A stretch of DNA of 64,000 bases from Myxococcales bacterium (lineage in GTDB: Bacteria; Myxococcota_A; Polyangia; Polyangiales; DASUME01). Location of the stretch: NCBI GenBank assembly GCA_047601445.1, contig JASGJH010000001.1, forward strand, positions 8,384,001-8,448,000, read 5' to 3'. Positions 41,405 to 50,105 of the stretch are shown here, piece by piece (the stretch's first letter is position 1; every line of letters starts with the position of its first letter). Both the position numbers and the translations under genes were made by a program. Below the pieces are notes generated by a model that saw nothing but the letters and a program-made list of their open reading frames with translations, was not told the origin of the DNA and searched no databases.

Positions 41405-41953
41405 ATGCGTATCCCCCAACGTTTCCTTTTGTCGCTCGTCGTCGCGCTGTGGTTCGCTGCCTGCGGTGACGACGGCGGCTACGACTCGCCCCAGACCTGC
41501 CAGCTCGAGTGCGAGCGCGCGGCGCAGTGCTCGCCCCGGACCGACCCGCGTGCCTGTCGCGACCAGTGTGCATACCCGTCCAGGCCGTCACCGCCACCCT
41601 TGAGCCCGCGCTACCTGGATGCCGTGCGCCGCTGCCTGGCCACGATCTCCTGCGATGTGGCGAGTCTGGGCGGTGCGAGCGACACCTGCGCCCGCGACGC
41701 CGCGCTCAGCCTCGAGCCGTCGAAGCCCGCGAGCGACCTGTGCCGGCGTGCTGTCCGCGCGGATGAGCTGTGCCGCGTGAACACGTTTTCCAGCAGCGCC
41801 TGCCTCGAGGAGGTCAAGATCTACGACGACGAGGTGCTGCGCCGAGCAGCGCGCTGTTACGACGGTGCGTGCGTGGATCAGTCGCGGTGTCTGGAGTACG
41901 TTTTCGGCTATCCGTACCCGTACGTCTATCCGTATCCGCGGGAGATCCGCTGA
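41405..41953 (+). CDS. Cys-rich helical lipoprotein with a Tyr-Pro tail
   Basis: Lipobox FAAC; two Cys-spaced helical repeats; C-terminus GYPYPYVYPYPREIR. Confidence 0.72.
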   Translation: MRIPQRFLLSLVVALWFAACGDDGGYDSPQTCQLECERAAQCSPRTDPRACRDQCAYPSRPSPPPLSPRYLDAVRRCLATISCDVASLGGASDTCARDAALSLEPSKPASDLCRRAVRADELCRVNTFSSSACLEEVKIYDDEVLRRAARCYDGACVDQSRCLEYVFGYPYPYVYPYPREIR

Positions 41954-42011
41954 GCGGGCGTCTTCGGCGACCCCGGCCATCGTCGGGCTGCCCCGCGGCC
42001 GTAAGAAATTC

Positions 42012-42042
42012 TGAACCGGTTTGAACCGACCTGGACTCTAGG
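42012..42042 (+). promoter_or_regulatory. Putative ECF sigma promoter, copy 1
   Basis: TGAACCG-N17-CTCTAGG, 6 nt before ATG 42049; a second TGAACCG at 42022. Confidence 0.6.
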
Positions 42043-42048
42043 GACGGC

Positions 42049-44428
42049 ATGGGTTCGTGTCGGATTCGGTCGAAGCGGGCGCTGGCGAGCAGGACGGCGC
42101 TCGTCATGGCGCTCGGTCTCGCCGCCTGCGGGGAGGGCGAGGCGCCTTCTTCGGCGGCACCGGGCGCGCCGCCGGGGGCGCCCCACCAGGATTCGGACGA
42201 GATTGCCGGCGAAGTCACCGAAGACGCCGGACCTCCGAGCTTCGGTTGCGAGGCCAGACCCCCCGCGGGATTCATCACCCAGTGCTCGGGCTGCCATACG
42301 CTCGGGGGGACGAACCAGGGCGGAAAAATCCCAGACCTGCGGATGTTCGCCGGCACCGAGGCCGAGTTCGTGACCCAGGTGCGTCGCGGTGGCGGAGGGA
42401 TGCCGGCGTTTTCGGAAGCCAAGCTGAGCGACGCGGGACTGCACGAGGTCTACACCTTCCTCCGACAGGGCGACCCCGGGGCGCAGTCGGGTCAAGCGGG
42501 CGGCTCCGGCGGCGAGCAAAACTTCGGGCTAGGCAACGTCAGTCCGCTGTTCGGGGAGAATACGGCCTTGGCTGTGAGCTTCCTGCGCGACGACGGCGTG
42601 TTGATCACGCGAGGCGCGGGCCGCGTGCGTGGGCGTCACGAGCTCGAGGGGACGTACGGACCGTTTGGTCCGCTCTACTTCGAAGGACGCACCTTCGGCT
42701 TCGTGATCGAGGACTTCACGGTGCGCGGCGAGAATCGCATCGTGGTGAGCTATCTGCCGCTGGCGCGTCCGCAAGACAAGACCAACTTTCGCGCCTTCAA
42801 GATCTACGGCGATGGCAACGTCTTTCACGCCAACACGGGCATGGACTCGGATACGCCGCTGCCTTCGCTCGCGCAGGCAGGCAGCGACCCGGCGCAGGAA
42901 TACGCGACCCGCATCGCGGCCTTTGCCCGGGTGCAATCCCATGAGGTCAAAGGCAACGCGCGCACGGGGAAGCCCCTGCAGGCGGGCGAGCTGTTCGAGT
43001 TCGAGTTCGGTGTGTTCATCGAGCCCTCGGCCGTGCGCGCCAACAGTCGAACCGCCTATTACACGGATACCTTCCGCTACCGCGTGGGCCAGGGCGGTCT
43101 CACGATGGAGAACGCCGACACCAGCGGCCAGCTCGGGCCCACGATGGACGCGCAGCTCGGCGGTGCCACCACCGTCGCCTGGGCCTACGCCGAACCGGAG
43201 CTGTACTTCTCCCAACTGGCGTCGAACACTCAGCACGAGCACGTGCAGGCGTTCGTGGATGGCCGCAGGCTGTTTCACACGGACTTCGACACAGGGGCCC
43301 ACAGCGAAGCGGGCAATCCGGCGTTCGACGCCCAAGCCCACAAACTCGGACCGCTATTCGTGAGCCATGCGTGCGTGAACTGCCACGTGCGCAACGGTGG
43401 AGGCGAGACCCTGGTGGGCAGCTTGAGCGAGACCAGCACGATGGCGTTCAAGCTGTACGATGCGGGGGCGGAGCTCGGCAATCAGCTGCAGCTGCAGGAA
43501 GGATTGGCGCGCTCGGTCGCGCCGGAGCAGCGCGAGGTCTCGTTGTCCGACGGAACGCAAATGCTGTCACGTCCGACCTTCGAGGTGCAGGACAAAACCG
43601 GGCGGGAGCTCGCGTACTCGGCGCGTGTGGCGCGTCGCCTGGTGGGGCTCGGGCTGCTCGAAGCGATCGACGAGACCACCCTCCTTTCACGGGCCGATCC
43701 GCAAGACTGCGATGGCGATGGGATCTCGGGCAGGCCGCATCTGGTGGCCGACCCGGAGCGCGGCGTGCTGCGGGTGGGGCGCTTTGGTTGGCGCGCCGAA
43801 AAGGTGAGCGTCGAGCATCAGGTGGCCGACGCGTTGTCGGCAGACCTCGGCGTGTCCTCCCGCGTGCTGCCTGGCAGCGCGCAGGCAGCCGGAGCGGGCG
43901 GGGCCGCTGGCGCGCAGAACGTCGAGCTCGACGATGATGGCCTGCGCCGCCTCACCACGTACATGCGCCTGCTCGGCGTGCCACCGCAGCGCGCGGCGGA
44001 CAGCCCCACCGTGATGCGCGGCGAAACGGTGTTTCACGAGGTGGGTTGTGCGAACTGTCACGTGTCGGCGCTGACCACCGGCAGCTCCCATCCTTTCATC
44101 GAACTGCGTGGGCAGTCGATCCGGCCGTACACGGATTTGCTGCTGCATGATCTGGGGCCCGATCTCAGCCGATGCCAGCGGCCTGCCGGCCCGCGAAGGC
44201 GTGGAGCAGCCGGCCAGTGCGAGCGAGTGGCGCACCGCACCGCTGTGGGGCGTGGGGCTCTCGCAGACCGTGCAGGGCTACGTGGCGCTCCTGCACGACG
44301 GCCGAGCCCACAGCGTGCTCGAAGCGATTCTGTGGCACGGGGGCGAGGCTCAAGCGGCGCGCGAGCGGGTGGTCGCGCTGTCGAAGGCCGACCGTGAGGC
44401 TCTCGTGCAGTTCGTGGAATCGCTATGA
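42049..44428 (+). CDS. Di-heme oxidoreductase (DHOR) family lipoprotein with an extra N-terminal cytochrome c domain; one-base frameshift at about 44167
   Basis: Lipobox LAAC; three CxxCH motifs (CSGCH, CVNCH, CANCH); GRRLFHTDF, GLGLLEAI, GRFGWRA, PYTDLLLHD. Removing the A in CTC-A-GCC gives HDLGPDLAD and joins EWRTAPLWGVG..LLHDGRA..EAILWHGGEA. Confidence 0.87.
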
Positions 44429-45132
44429 GTTCTGTGGCTTACACTCGCGCGGACGTTCTTGCTACGCGTCGGCAGTCGGCTCGAGTAAGGTGGCCCGCCG
44501 TGGCTCCACCCCTGACGAGTCGAGCGCCCTCGGACTTTGGCCTGCGGGCCGATCCGTCCGCTGCGTCGGCCGGGATGTCCGGCCGCGAGCAAGACGACAA
44601 GGCGCGTGTGCGGCAGGTCGAGGCCGTGGAGTCTTCCGAGGGCTTGGATACGGCCGCGGTGTTCCGACGCTACGCGCCCTATGTAGCCAAGGTTGGACTG
44701 CGCATCCTGGGGCGGCGCGATGAGCTCGATGACTTCGTGCAAGATGTCTTCGTCACGGTCCATCGCAAGCTCGACTCGCTGCGCGATGTGGCCGCGTTGA
44801 AGCACTGGTTGGCCACCCTGGCGGTTCATGAGGCGACGCGCAGACTGCGGCGTCGCAAGTTGCGTGCGCTGTTGGGCATGGGCTCGGTGCCGGACTACGC
44901 GGATGCCGCAGACGCCTCGGCTTCACCCGAGCAGCGCGCGCTGTTGGCGCAGGTCTTCTTGGCGCTCGAGGCGCTGCCAGCAGACGAGCACGTGGCTTGG
45001 TCCCTGCGCTACATCGAGGGCGAGACCATGGAGCGCGTGGCGGAGCTGTGCGCCTGCTCGCTCTCCACCGCGAAGCGCCGTGTGGCGGGGGCCGAAAAGG
45101 CGCTCGAAAAGCGGGGACTAAGCCATGTCTGA
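44425..45132 (+). CDS. ECF RNA polymerase sigma factor
   Basis: Region 2 DDFVQDVFV..LKHWL; region 4 LRYIEGETMERVAELCACSLSTAKRRV. ATGA-coupled to the upstream gene; true start may be further downstream. Confidence 0.9.
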   Translation: MSSVAYTRADVLATRRQSARVRWPAVAPPLTSRAPSDFGLRADPSAASAGMSGREQDDKARVRQVEAVESSEGLDTAAVFRRYAPYVAKVGLRILGRRDELDDFVQDVFVTVHRKLDSLRDVAALKHWLATLAVHEATRRLRRRKLRALLGMGSVPDYADAADASASPEQRALLAQVFLALEALPADEHVAWSLRYIEGETMERVAELCACSLSTAKRRVAGAEKALEKRGLSHV

Positions 45133-46273
45133 GCGGCTTGCCGAGCGGCTATCCCAGGCGCGAGAGCACCTCGATGCGGACTTCGGATCCCGTGAGGTCG
45201 AGCGCGGACTCGCGGGTCTGCAGCAGCGGATTCGCCGGCGTCGTCGTGTGACGCAGGCGACAGGTGCGCTGACGGTGCTGACATTGCTGGTGGGCTCCTG
45301 GTTGCTCTTGCCGCGCGCGTCCGAGGTCGCTCGCCAATCCGAGAGCGGGCCGGCGGTGGCTGGCTCGCGTGCGCTGCGCACGGCAGACGGATTGGTTGCG
45401 CGCCTGCTTTCCCCGCAGACCGTGCTGCAGCTGGAACACGAGCGACAGGACGAGGTGAGCTTGCAGCTGGAGCACGGCAGCGGTCACTTCGAGGTCACGC
45501 GTAACCCGCGGCGGCGCTATCGCGTGCGCGCGGGACAAGTCGACGTGGAAGTACTGGGCACCGCCTTTGAGGTCACCAGACAGGCAGCAGGCGCCAGAGT
45601 TCGTGTGGAGCACGGCCTGGTGCGCGTGCGCTGGCCCAGCGGCGAGCAGCTCTTGCACGCTGGAGAGAGCGGCGAGTTTCCTCCCGTCGTGTCCGCGCCC
45701 GTGGCCGCTGCCAGCGAGCCCGTGCAGGAGGTCGAAGCGAGTGTGTCCGCCCGCGAGCCAATCCAAGACGCGGACCTGCTCGTCGATCCGTCGCTGCGCT
45801 CTACTGTGCTCGCCCGGGACCGCTCCCGTGAGCGCTGGCGTGCACTGGAGCGCGCGGGCAAGCATCGCGAAGCATTCGGGTCCCTGGGCGAACGGCCCGT
45901 CGAAGACTTGGCCGGCCTGCTGCTCGCTGCCGATGCCGCGCGCCTGTCCGGACATCCCCAGCAGGCGGCGACGTACCTGCAACGGCTGATGCGTCGCTAC
46001 CCGCGCACCGCTCCGGCACGCCTGGCCGCCTTCACCCTGGGGCGCCTAGCGCTGCGCGAGCTCTCGGATCCTGCGCTCGCCGCCCGCAGCTTCGCGCGGG
46101 CCTATGCGCTCGATCCGAAGGGCCCCTTGGCCGAAGACGCGCTGGCACGGGAGGCCGAGGCCTACCACCGCGCGGGCGACTTGGGACGGGCCCGAAAGGC
46201 TGCTACGCGCTACATCGAGCAGTTCCCAGATGGCGTTCGGCGCGACGACATTTCCCGCTATCTCGCGCCATGA
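45125..46273 (+). CDS. FecR-family anti-sigma/transducer with a C-terminal TPR
   Basis: Single TM helix; LEHGSGHFEV..RYRVRAGQVDVEVLGTAFEV..VRVEHGLVRV; C-terminal helical repeats ending ..RYIEQFPDG. Confidence 0.88.
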   Translation: MSERLAERLSQAREHLDADFGSREVERGLAGLQQRIRRRRRVTQATGALTVLTLLVGSWLLLPRASEVARQSESGPAVAGSRALRTADGLVARLLSPQTVLQLEHERQDEVSLQLEHGSGHFEVTRNPRRRYRVRAGQVDVEVLGTAFEVTRQAAGARVRVEHGLVRVRWPSGEQLLHAGESGEFPPVVSAPVAAASEPVQEVEASVSAREPIQDADLLVDPSLRSTVLARDRSRERWRALERAGKHREAFGSLGERPVEDLAGLLLAADAARLSGHPQQAATYLQRLMRRYPRTAPARLAAFTLGRLALRELSDPALAARSFARAYALDPKGPLAEDALAREAEAYHRAGDLGRARKAATRYIEQFPDGVRRDDISRYLAP

Positions 46274-46301
46274 GCCGCAGCGCGCCAGTGCGCTCCCAGC
46301 A

Positions 46302-47321
46302 GTGGCTCGCGGTCTGGCCCGCCTGCTCCGGAGCCAGACGTGGGGGCTCTTGAGTTTGCTTTGGCTGTGGGTAGCCCATGCTCAAGCGCAGGCCGACACG
46401 GGATCTCACAGGCGCGTCACGATCACCTTCACGAGCTGTGAGGTCCCATCGCCGTCCGAGGTGCGCGCGCTGCTGGCGATCGAGCTGCGCGAGGACCTGC
46501 TGCCCGACGGCACCGGCGAGCTCGAAACGGGCGGGGCCGCCCGCGAGCAACGAGCTGACTACCACGTGCAGGTGCAGTGCAGCGGACACGAGGCTCAGGT
46601 GACCGTGCGCGAGACCGCTGCCACGCGAACTATCGCTCTCGCCAAGGAGCCCGTGGAACTGCGCGCACGCCTGCTCGCGCTGGCCATCGCCGAGCAAGTC
46701 AGTCCGGCTTCGGAGCCGGTGCCCACCAAGGCACAGACAGCCACCACGGAGCCCGCCATCGTGCAGCCCGATCCGCAAGCTGTTGCCCCGCTTCCACGCT
46801 CGACGCCGCGCGCGTCCGCCGCCGAACACTTCGCCTGGGCCGCCCTGCAGCTGCAGGCGAGTCCCTTGCTCGGTCCGGGTGTCACGCTCGGGCTCTCACA
46901 GCGGATTTGGCGCCTCCTTTCCTGGTCGAGCAGTCTCTCCTACAGCTTCGCACGCAGCTCCCTCGACGACGGTGAACTGCGCGTGCAACAGACCTCCGTG
47001 AACACAGGACCTGCGCTGCACCTGGCCTTCAGCGACCTCGTGCTGGAGCTGGGCGCTGGCATGCGGGCCGGCTGGCTCGGACTGCGCGGTGAGCCCGACG
47101 ACGCGGCCCGCGTGCGCGGCAAACGCGTGGACACGTGGCTCGCAGGGCCGTCCCTGTTCGGCGCGCTGTTCGTAAACGCGGGCAAGCGCGGCTTCGGGAT
47201 GCTGGCGCTCGAGCTCGCCTATACGCTGCGCAAGGTACACGCCGATGTTCAAGGAGGCGGAGGACGCACGCTCTCTGCACTATGGGGTGCGGCTTCCCTG
47301 GGGGGAGGTTTCGCGTGGTGA
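46302..47321 (+). CDS. Secreted protein with a C-terminal beta-barrel-like domain
   Basis: Signal ending AHAQA; N-terminal alpha/beta domain; Pro-rich linker; about 8 amphipathic strands; terminal Trp (GGGFAW). GTG start inferred. Confidence 0.65.
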   Translation: MARGLARLLRSQTWGLLSLLWLWVAHAQAQADTGSHRRVTITFTSCEVPSPSEVRALLAIELREDLLPDGTGELETGGAAREQRADYHVQVQCSGHEAQVTVRETAATRTIALAKEPVELRARLLALAIAEQVSPASEPVPTKAQTATTEPAIVQPDPQAVAPLPRSTPRASAAEHFAWAALQLQASPLLGPGVTLGLSQRIWRLLSWSSSLSYSFARSSLDDGELRVQQTSVNTGPALHLAFSDLVLELGAGMRAGWLGLRGEPDDAARVRGKRVDTWLAGPSLFGALFVNAGKRGFGMLALELAYTLRKVHADVQGGGGRTLSALWGAASLGGGFAW

Positions 47322-48256
47322 GGGCGCTCGCGTGCCGGTCGTCGGTCCCGTGGGCTGCGCTCGCGTTGGTGCTCTCCGGCTGCGCGCAGCTCGAGGCCGT
47401 GGTGCTCGTGGTGCGCGACGCGAATGTCGATGAGCCGGCGATCGACGCAGCGACGGAGCCGTCGGATGCAGGCGACGCTGGGTCCCCCGACGCGGGCCGA
47501 GACGCAGGGCCCGACACACGCGGCGTGTGCAGGAGCGGAGGCAGCAAGGACGGCTTCTACGAGACCTTCGACGGACCTGCACTGGACCCGACGCGCTGGC
47601 TCGTCGCCCAGGGCCGCCTCGAGTTCGCCGGCCGAATGGCCCAGGGCGGCTTCCTGGCCGAGAACGTCCGCGTGGAAGGCGGTTCACTCGTGCTCACCGT
47701 GCACGGAGACCTGCACGCTGGCGGACGACGCACGGGGGCTGCCATCGTGACCCGCGATCTGTTCGCGTCGGCGACGTATCAGGCCCAGGGGCACCTGGTC
47801 GGTCCGCCTGGTGTGGAGTTCGCGCTGGCGTCGCTGCGCGATGACGATCGTGAAGGTGGCATCGACATCGCGACTCCGGGCCTGGAGGCTGACCGAGCGA
47901 GCTACGCGCGAGTCCACATGCGCAGCCGCGACGCAGCGGGCACGAGCGAGACACAGTTCGCCTTGGCCGAGACCCTCGACGATGGCGCGAGTCACATCCT
48001 GCGCTTCGATTGGTACACCACGGCCCAGAGCGCGGTGCGCTTCTGGGTCGACGACATGCCGCGCTCTCAACTGGATGAGCATCTGCCGATGCGAGCTGGC
48101 CGCATGTGGCTCCTTGCCTGGGTGCCGGGCGAGGCAGCGGCCGACTTCGACACGGTCGAGATTCGCATCGAGAATGCCTTCGTCACCCCGTTCGGCAATA
48201 GTGGAGATTTATGCCAGGACGGCGAGCTCTCCGGGCCTGGACTGGCACCTCCGTAG
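47318..48256 (+). CDS. GH16-like lipoprotein lacking the catalytic glutamates
   Basis: Lipobox LSGC; FYETFDG..LDPTRW, ENVRVEGGSLVL, TGAAI, H.LRFDW..VRFWVDD jelly-roll pattern. The active-site strand reads GGIDIATP instead of EIDIxE. GTGA overlap with the upstream stop. Confidence 0.7.
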   Translation: MRALACRSSVPWAALALVLSGCAQLEAVVLVVRDANVDEPAIDAATEPSDAGDAGSPDAGRDAGPDTRGVCRSGGSKDGFYETFDGPALDPTRWLVAQGRLEFAGRMAQGGFLAENVRVEGGSLVLTVHGDLHAGGRRTGAAIVTRDLFASATYQAQGHLVGPPGVEFALASLRDDDREGGIDIATPGLEADRASYARVHMRSRDAAGTSETQFALAETLDDGASHILRFDWYTTAQSAVRFWVDDMPRSQLDEHLPMRAGRMWLLAWVPGEAAADFDTVEIRIENAFVTPFGNSGDLCQDGELSGPGLAPP

Positions 48257-48271
48257 GAACGCCACTTTTCC

Positions 48272-48303
48272 TGAACCGATCCGCACCTGCCCTGCCTCCT
48301 AGG
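48272..48303 (+). promoter_or_regulatory. Putative ECF sigma promoter, copy 2
   Basis: TGAACCG-N17-CTCCTAGG, 5 nt before ATG 48309. Confidence 0.65.
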
Positions 48304-48308
48304 CTCGC

Positions 48309-50105
48309 ATGCAGGCACCATCGCCAGTCACTGCCACGGCCCGTTCGCTTTTGGCGAGCGTGCTCGGGCTCTGTCTTGGGGCGTGCTCCGGATCCGTCGA
48401 GGGACCGCTGGGGCCGGGCGCTGACTTCAGCGCCTCCACGAGCGCGGCCCTGCTGGGGCGCACTGGCCCGCGCCGCCTGACCAACACGGAGTACGACAAC
48501 ACGGTGCGCGATCTCCTGGGCACCGAGCTCAACGTGGCCGCCAACTTCGTGGCCGAGGAGGCTGGTGGCTTCGACAACGTGGCTCAGGCACTCGGCATGA
48601 CCCCGAGCCAGTACGAGTCTTACTTCAACGCCGCCGAGACCCTATCGCACGAGCTGTTCGCGGACACTGCGCGCCGTGCGCAGGTCGTCTCGTGCAGCCC
48701 GACCGGGAGCGATGGCGGACCGTGCCTCGAGCAGTGGCTGTCCGAGTTCGGGGGCCGAGTCTTTCGACGCCCTCTGGCGGCCGAAGAGAAAGCGAGCCTC
48801 AAGCAGGCCTTCGGGCGCGCGCTCGCGCTGGGCGAGGCGCCGATGGCAAGTGTGGAGCATGTGCTCGTTGCCATGCTCTCGTCGCCGCAGTTCCTCTATC
48901 GCATCGAGACCGGTGCCGACGTCCAAGCAGTCGTGTCCGCCCGCGAACGAAGCACGAACGCGGGCACGTCAGCCGGCGAGCAAGGTGCCGCGAACGACGG
49001 ACGGGTGTTGCTGGACAGCTACGCGCTGGCCTCCCGTCTCTCGTACTTTCTCTGGAGCACCATGCCCGACGCGGCCCTGTTTGCGAAGGCCGAGGACGGC
49101 TCGCTCATGGATCCCGTGGTGCTTCGCGCAGAGCTCGCGCGCATGCTCGACGATCCGCGTGCCGGCTCCTTGCTGGACAACTTCGCCGCGCAGTGGCTGA
49201 GCTGGCGCGAGCTCGCCCAGCACAAGGTGCTCGCGGCCCGCTACCCCGAGTTCGATGACGCCCTGCGAGACTCGATGCTGAAGGAAGCGCGAGCCTACGT
49301 GTCGGAATTTCTATTCGAGGACCGGCCCCTCAAGGACTTCCTGCGAGCCCAGCTGAACTTCGTGGATCGACGACTCAGCCAACTCTACCAACTCGATCTG
49401 GCCCTGCCGTCGTCCGAGGAACTCGTGCGCGTCGAAGCAGGCGGGTCCGCCTGTGAGCCTGGCGTCGACAACCCTAACGGCGACCGCCGTGGCTACCTCG
49501 GCCTCGCGGCGTTTCTCACGGTGTCCTCGTTCGCCCAGCGCACCTCGCCCACGCTGCGCGCCAAGTGGGTGCTCGAGGAGCTCATGTGCAGCGTCGTCCC
49601 CCCGCCGCCACCCAACGTCACAGCTCAACTCGAGGACACCGCGAACGCTGCCGCCAGCATCGAGAACGTGCGCGAGCGCCTGGAGCTACACCGCAGCGAT
49701 CCGGGTTGCGCGAGCTGTCACGCGCGGCTCGATCCGATCGGGCTCGGTCTGGAGTCGTTCGACGCCATCGGTCGGAGCCGCACGCACTACGAGAACGGGG
49801 ATTCGATCGACACCCTCGGTGAGCTGCCGGATGGGCGCACCTTCGATGGACCGGTGGAGCTCTCCGCCATCCTGGCCGACGATCCACGCTTCGAGCCCTG
49901 CGTGGCGCGCAAGCTCTTGACCTACGCCCTCGGCCGCACCCTCGGCAGCGAGCCCGACCTCGTGGCGCACACCGTGGCCTCCTACAAGCCGCAGGGCACC
50001 CTGCGCGCGATGATCGAGAGCATCGTGCTTGGCGACGCCTTCCGGTACCAGGCCCAGTCGACGCAGGCGGAGCCGCCCGCGCGCAACGCAGGGAGTGCAC
50101 CATGA
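48309..50105 (+). CDS. DUF1592-containing protein (DUF1587/1595/1592/1588/1585; planctomycete cytochrome-c-like)
   Basis: RRLTNTEYDNTVRDLLG, RVFRRPL, SPQFLYR, LASRLSYFLWSTMPD, TSPTLRAKWV, CASCH..DPIG..LESFDAIG, YALGR; lipobox LGAC. Confidence 0.92.
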   Translation: MQAPSPVTATARSLLASVLGLCLGACSGSVEGPLGPGADFSASTSAALLGRTGPRRLTNTEYDNTVRDLLGTELNVAANFVAEEAGGFDNVAQALGMTPSQYESYFNAAETLSHELFADTARRAQVVSCSPTGSDGGPCLEQWLSEFGGRVFRRPLAAEEKASLKQAFGRALALGEAPMASVEHVLVAMLSSPQFLYRIETGADVQAVVSARERSTNAGTSAGEQGAANDGRVLLDSYALASRLSYFLWSTMPDAALFAKAEDGSLMDPVVLRAELARMLDDPRAGSLLDNFAAQWLSWRELAQHKVLAARYPEFDDALRDSMLKEARAYVSEFLFEDRPLKDFLRAQLNFVDRRLSQLYQLDLALPSSEELVRVEAGGSACEPGVDNPNGDRRGYLGLAAFLTVSSFAQRTSPTLRAKWVLEELMCSVVPPPPPNVTAQLEDTANAAASIENVRERLELHRSDPGCASCHARLDPIGLGLESFDAIGRSRTHYENGDSIDTLGELPDGRTFDGPVELSAILADDPRFEPCVARKLLTYALGRTLGSEPDLVAHTVASYKPQGTLRAMIESIVLGDAFRYQAQSTQAEPPARNAGSAP

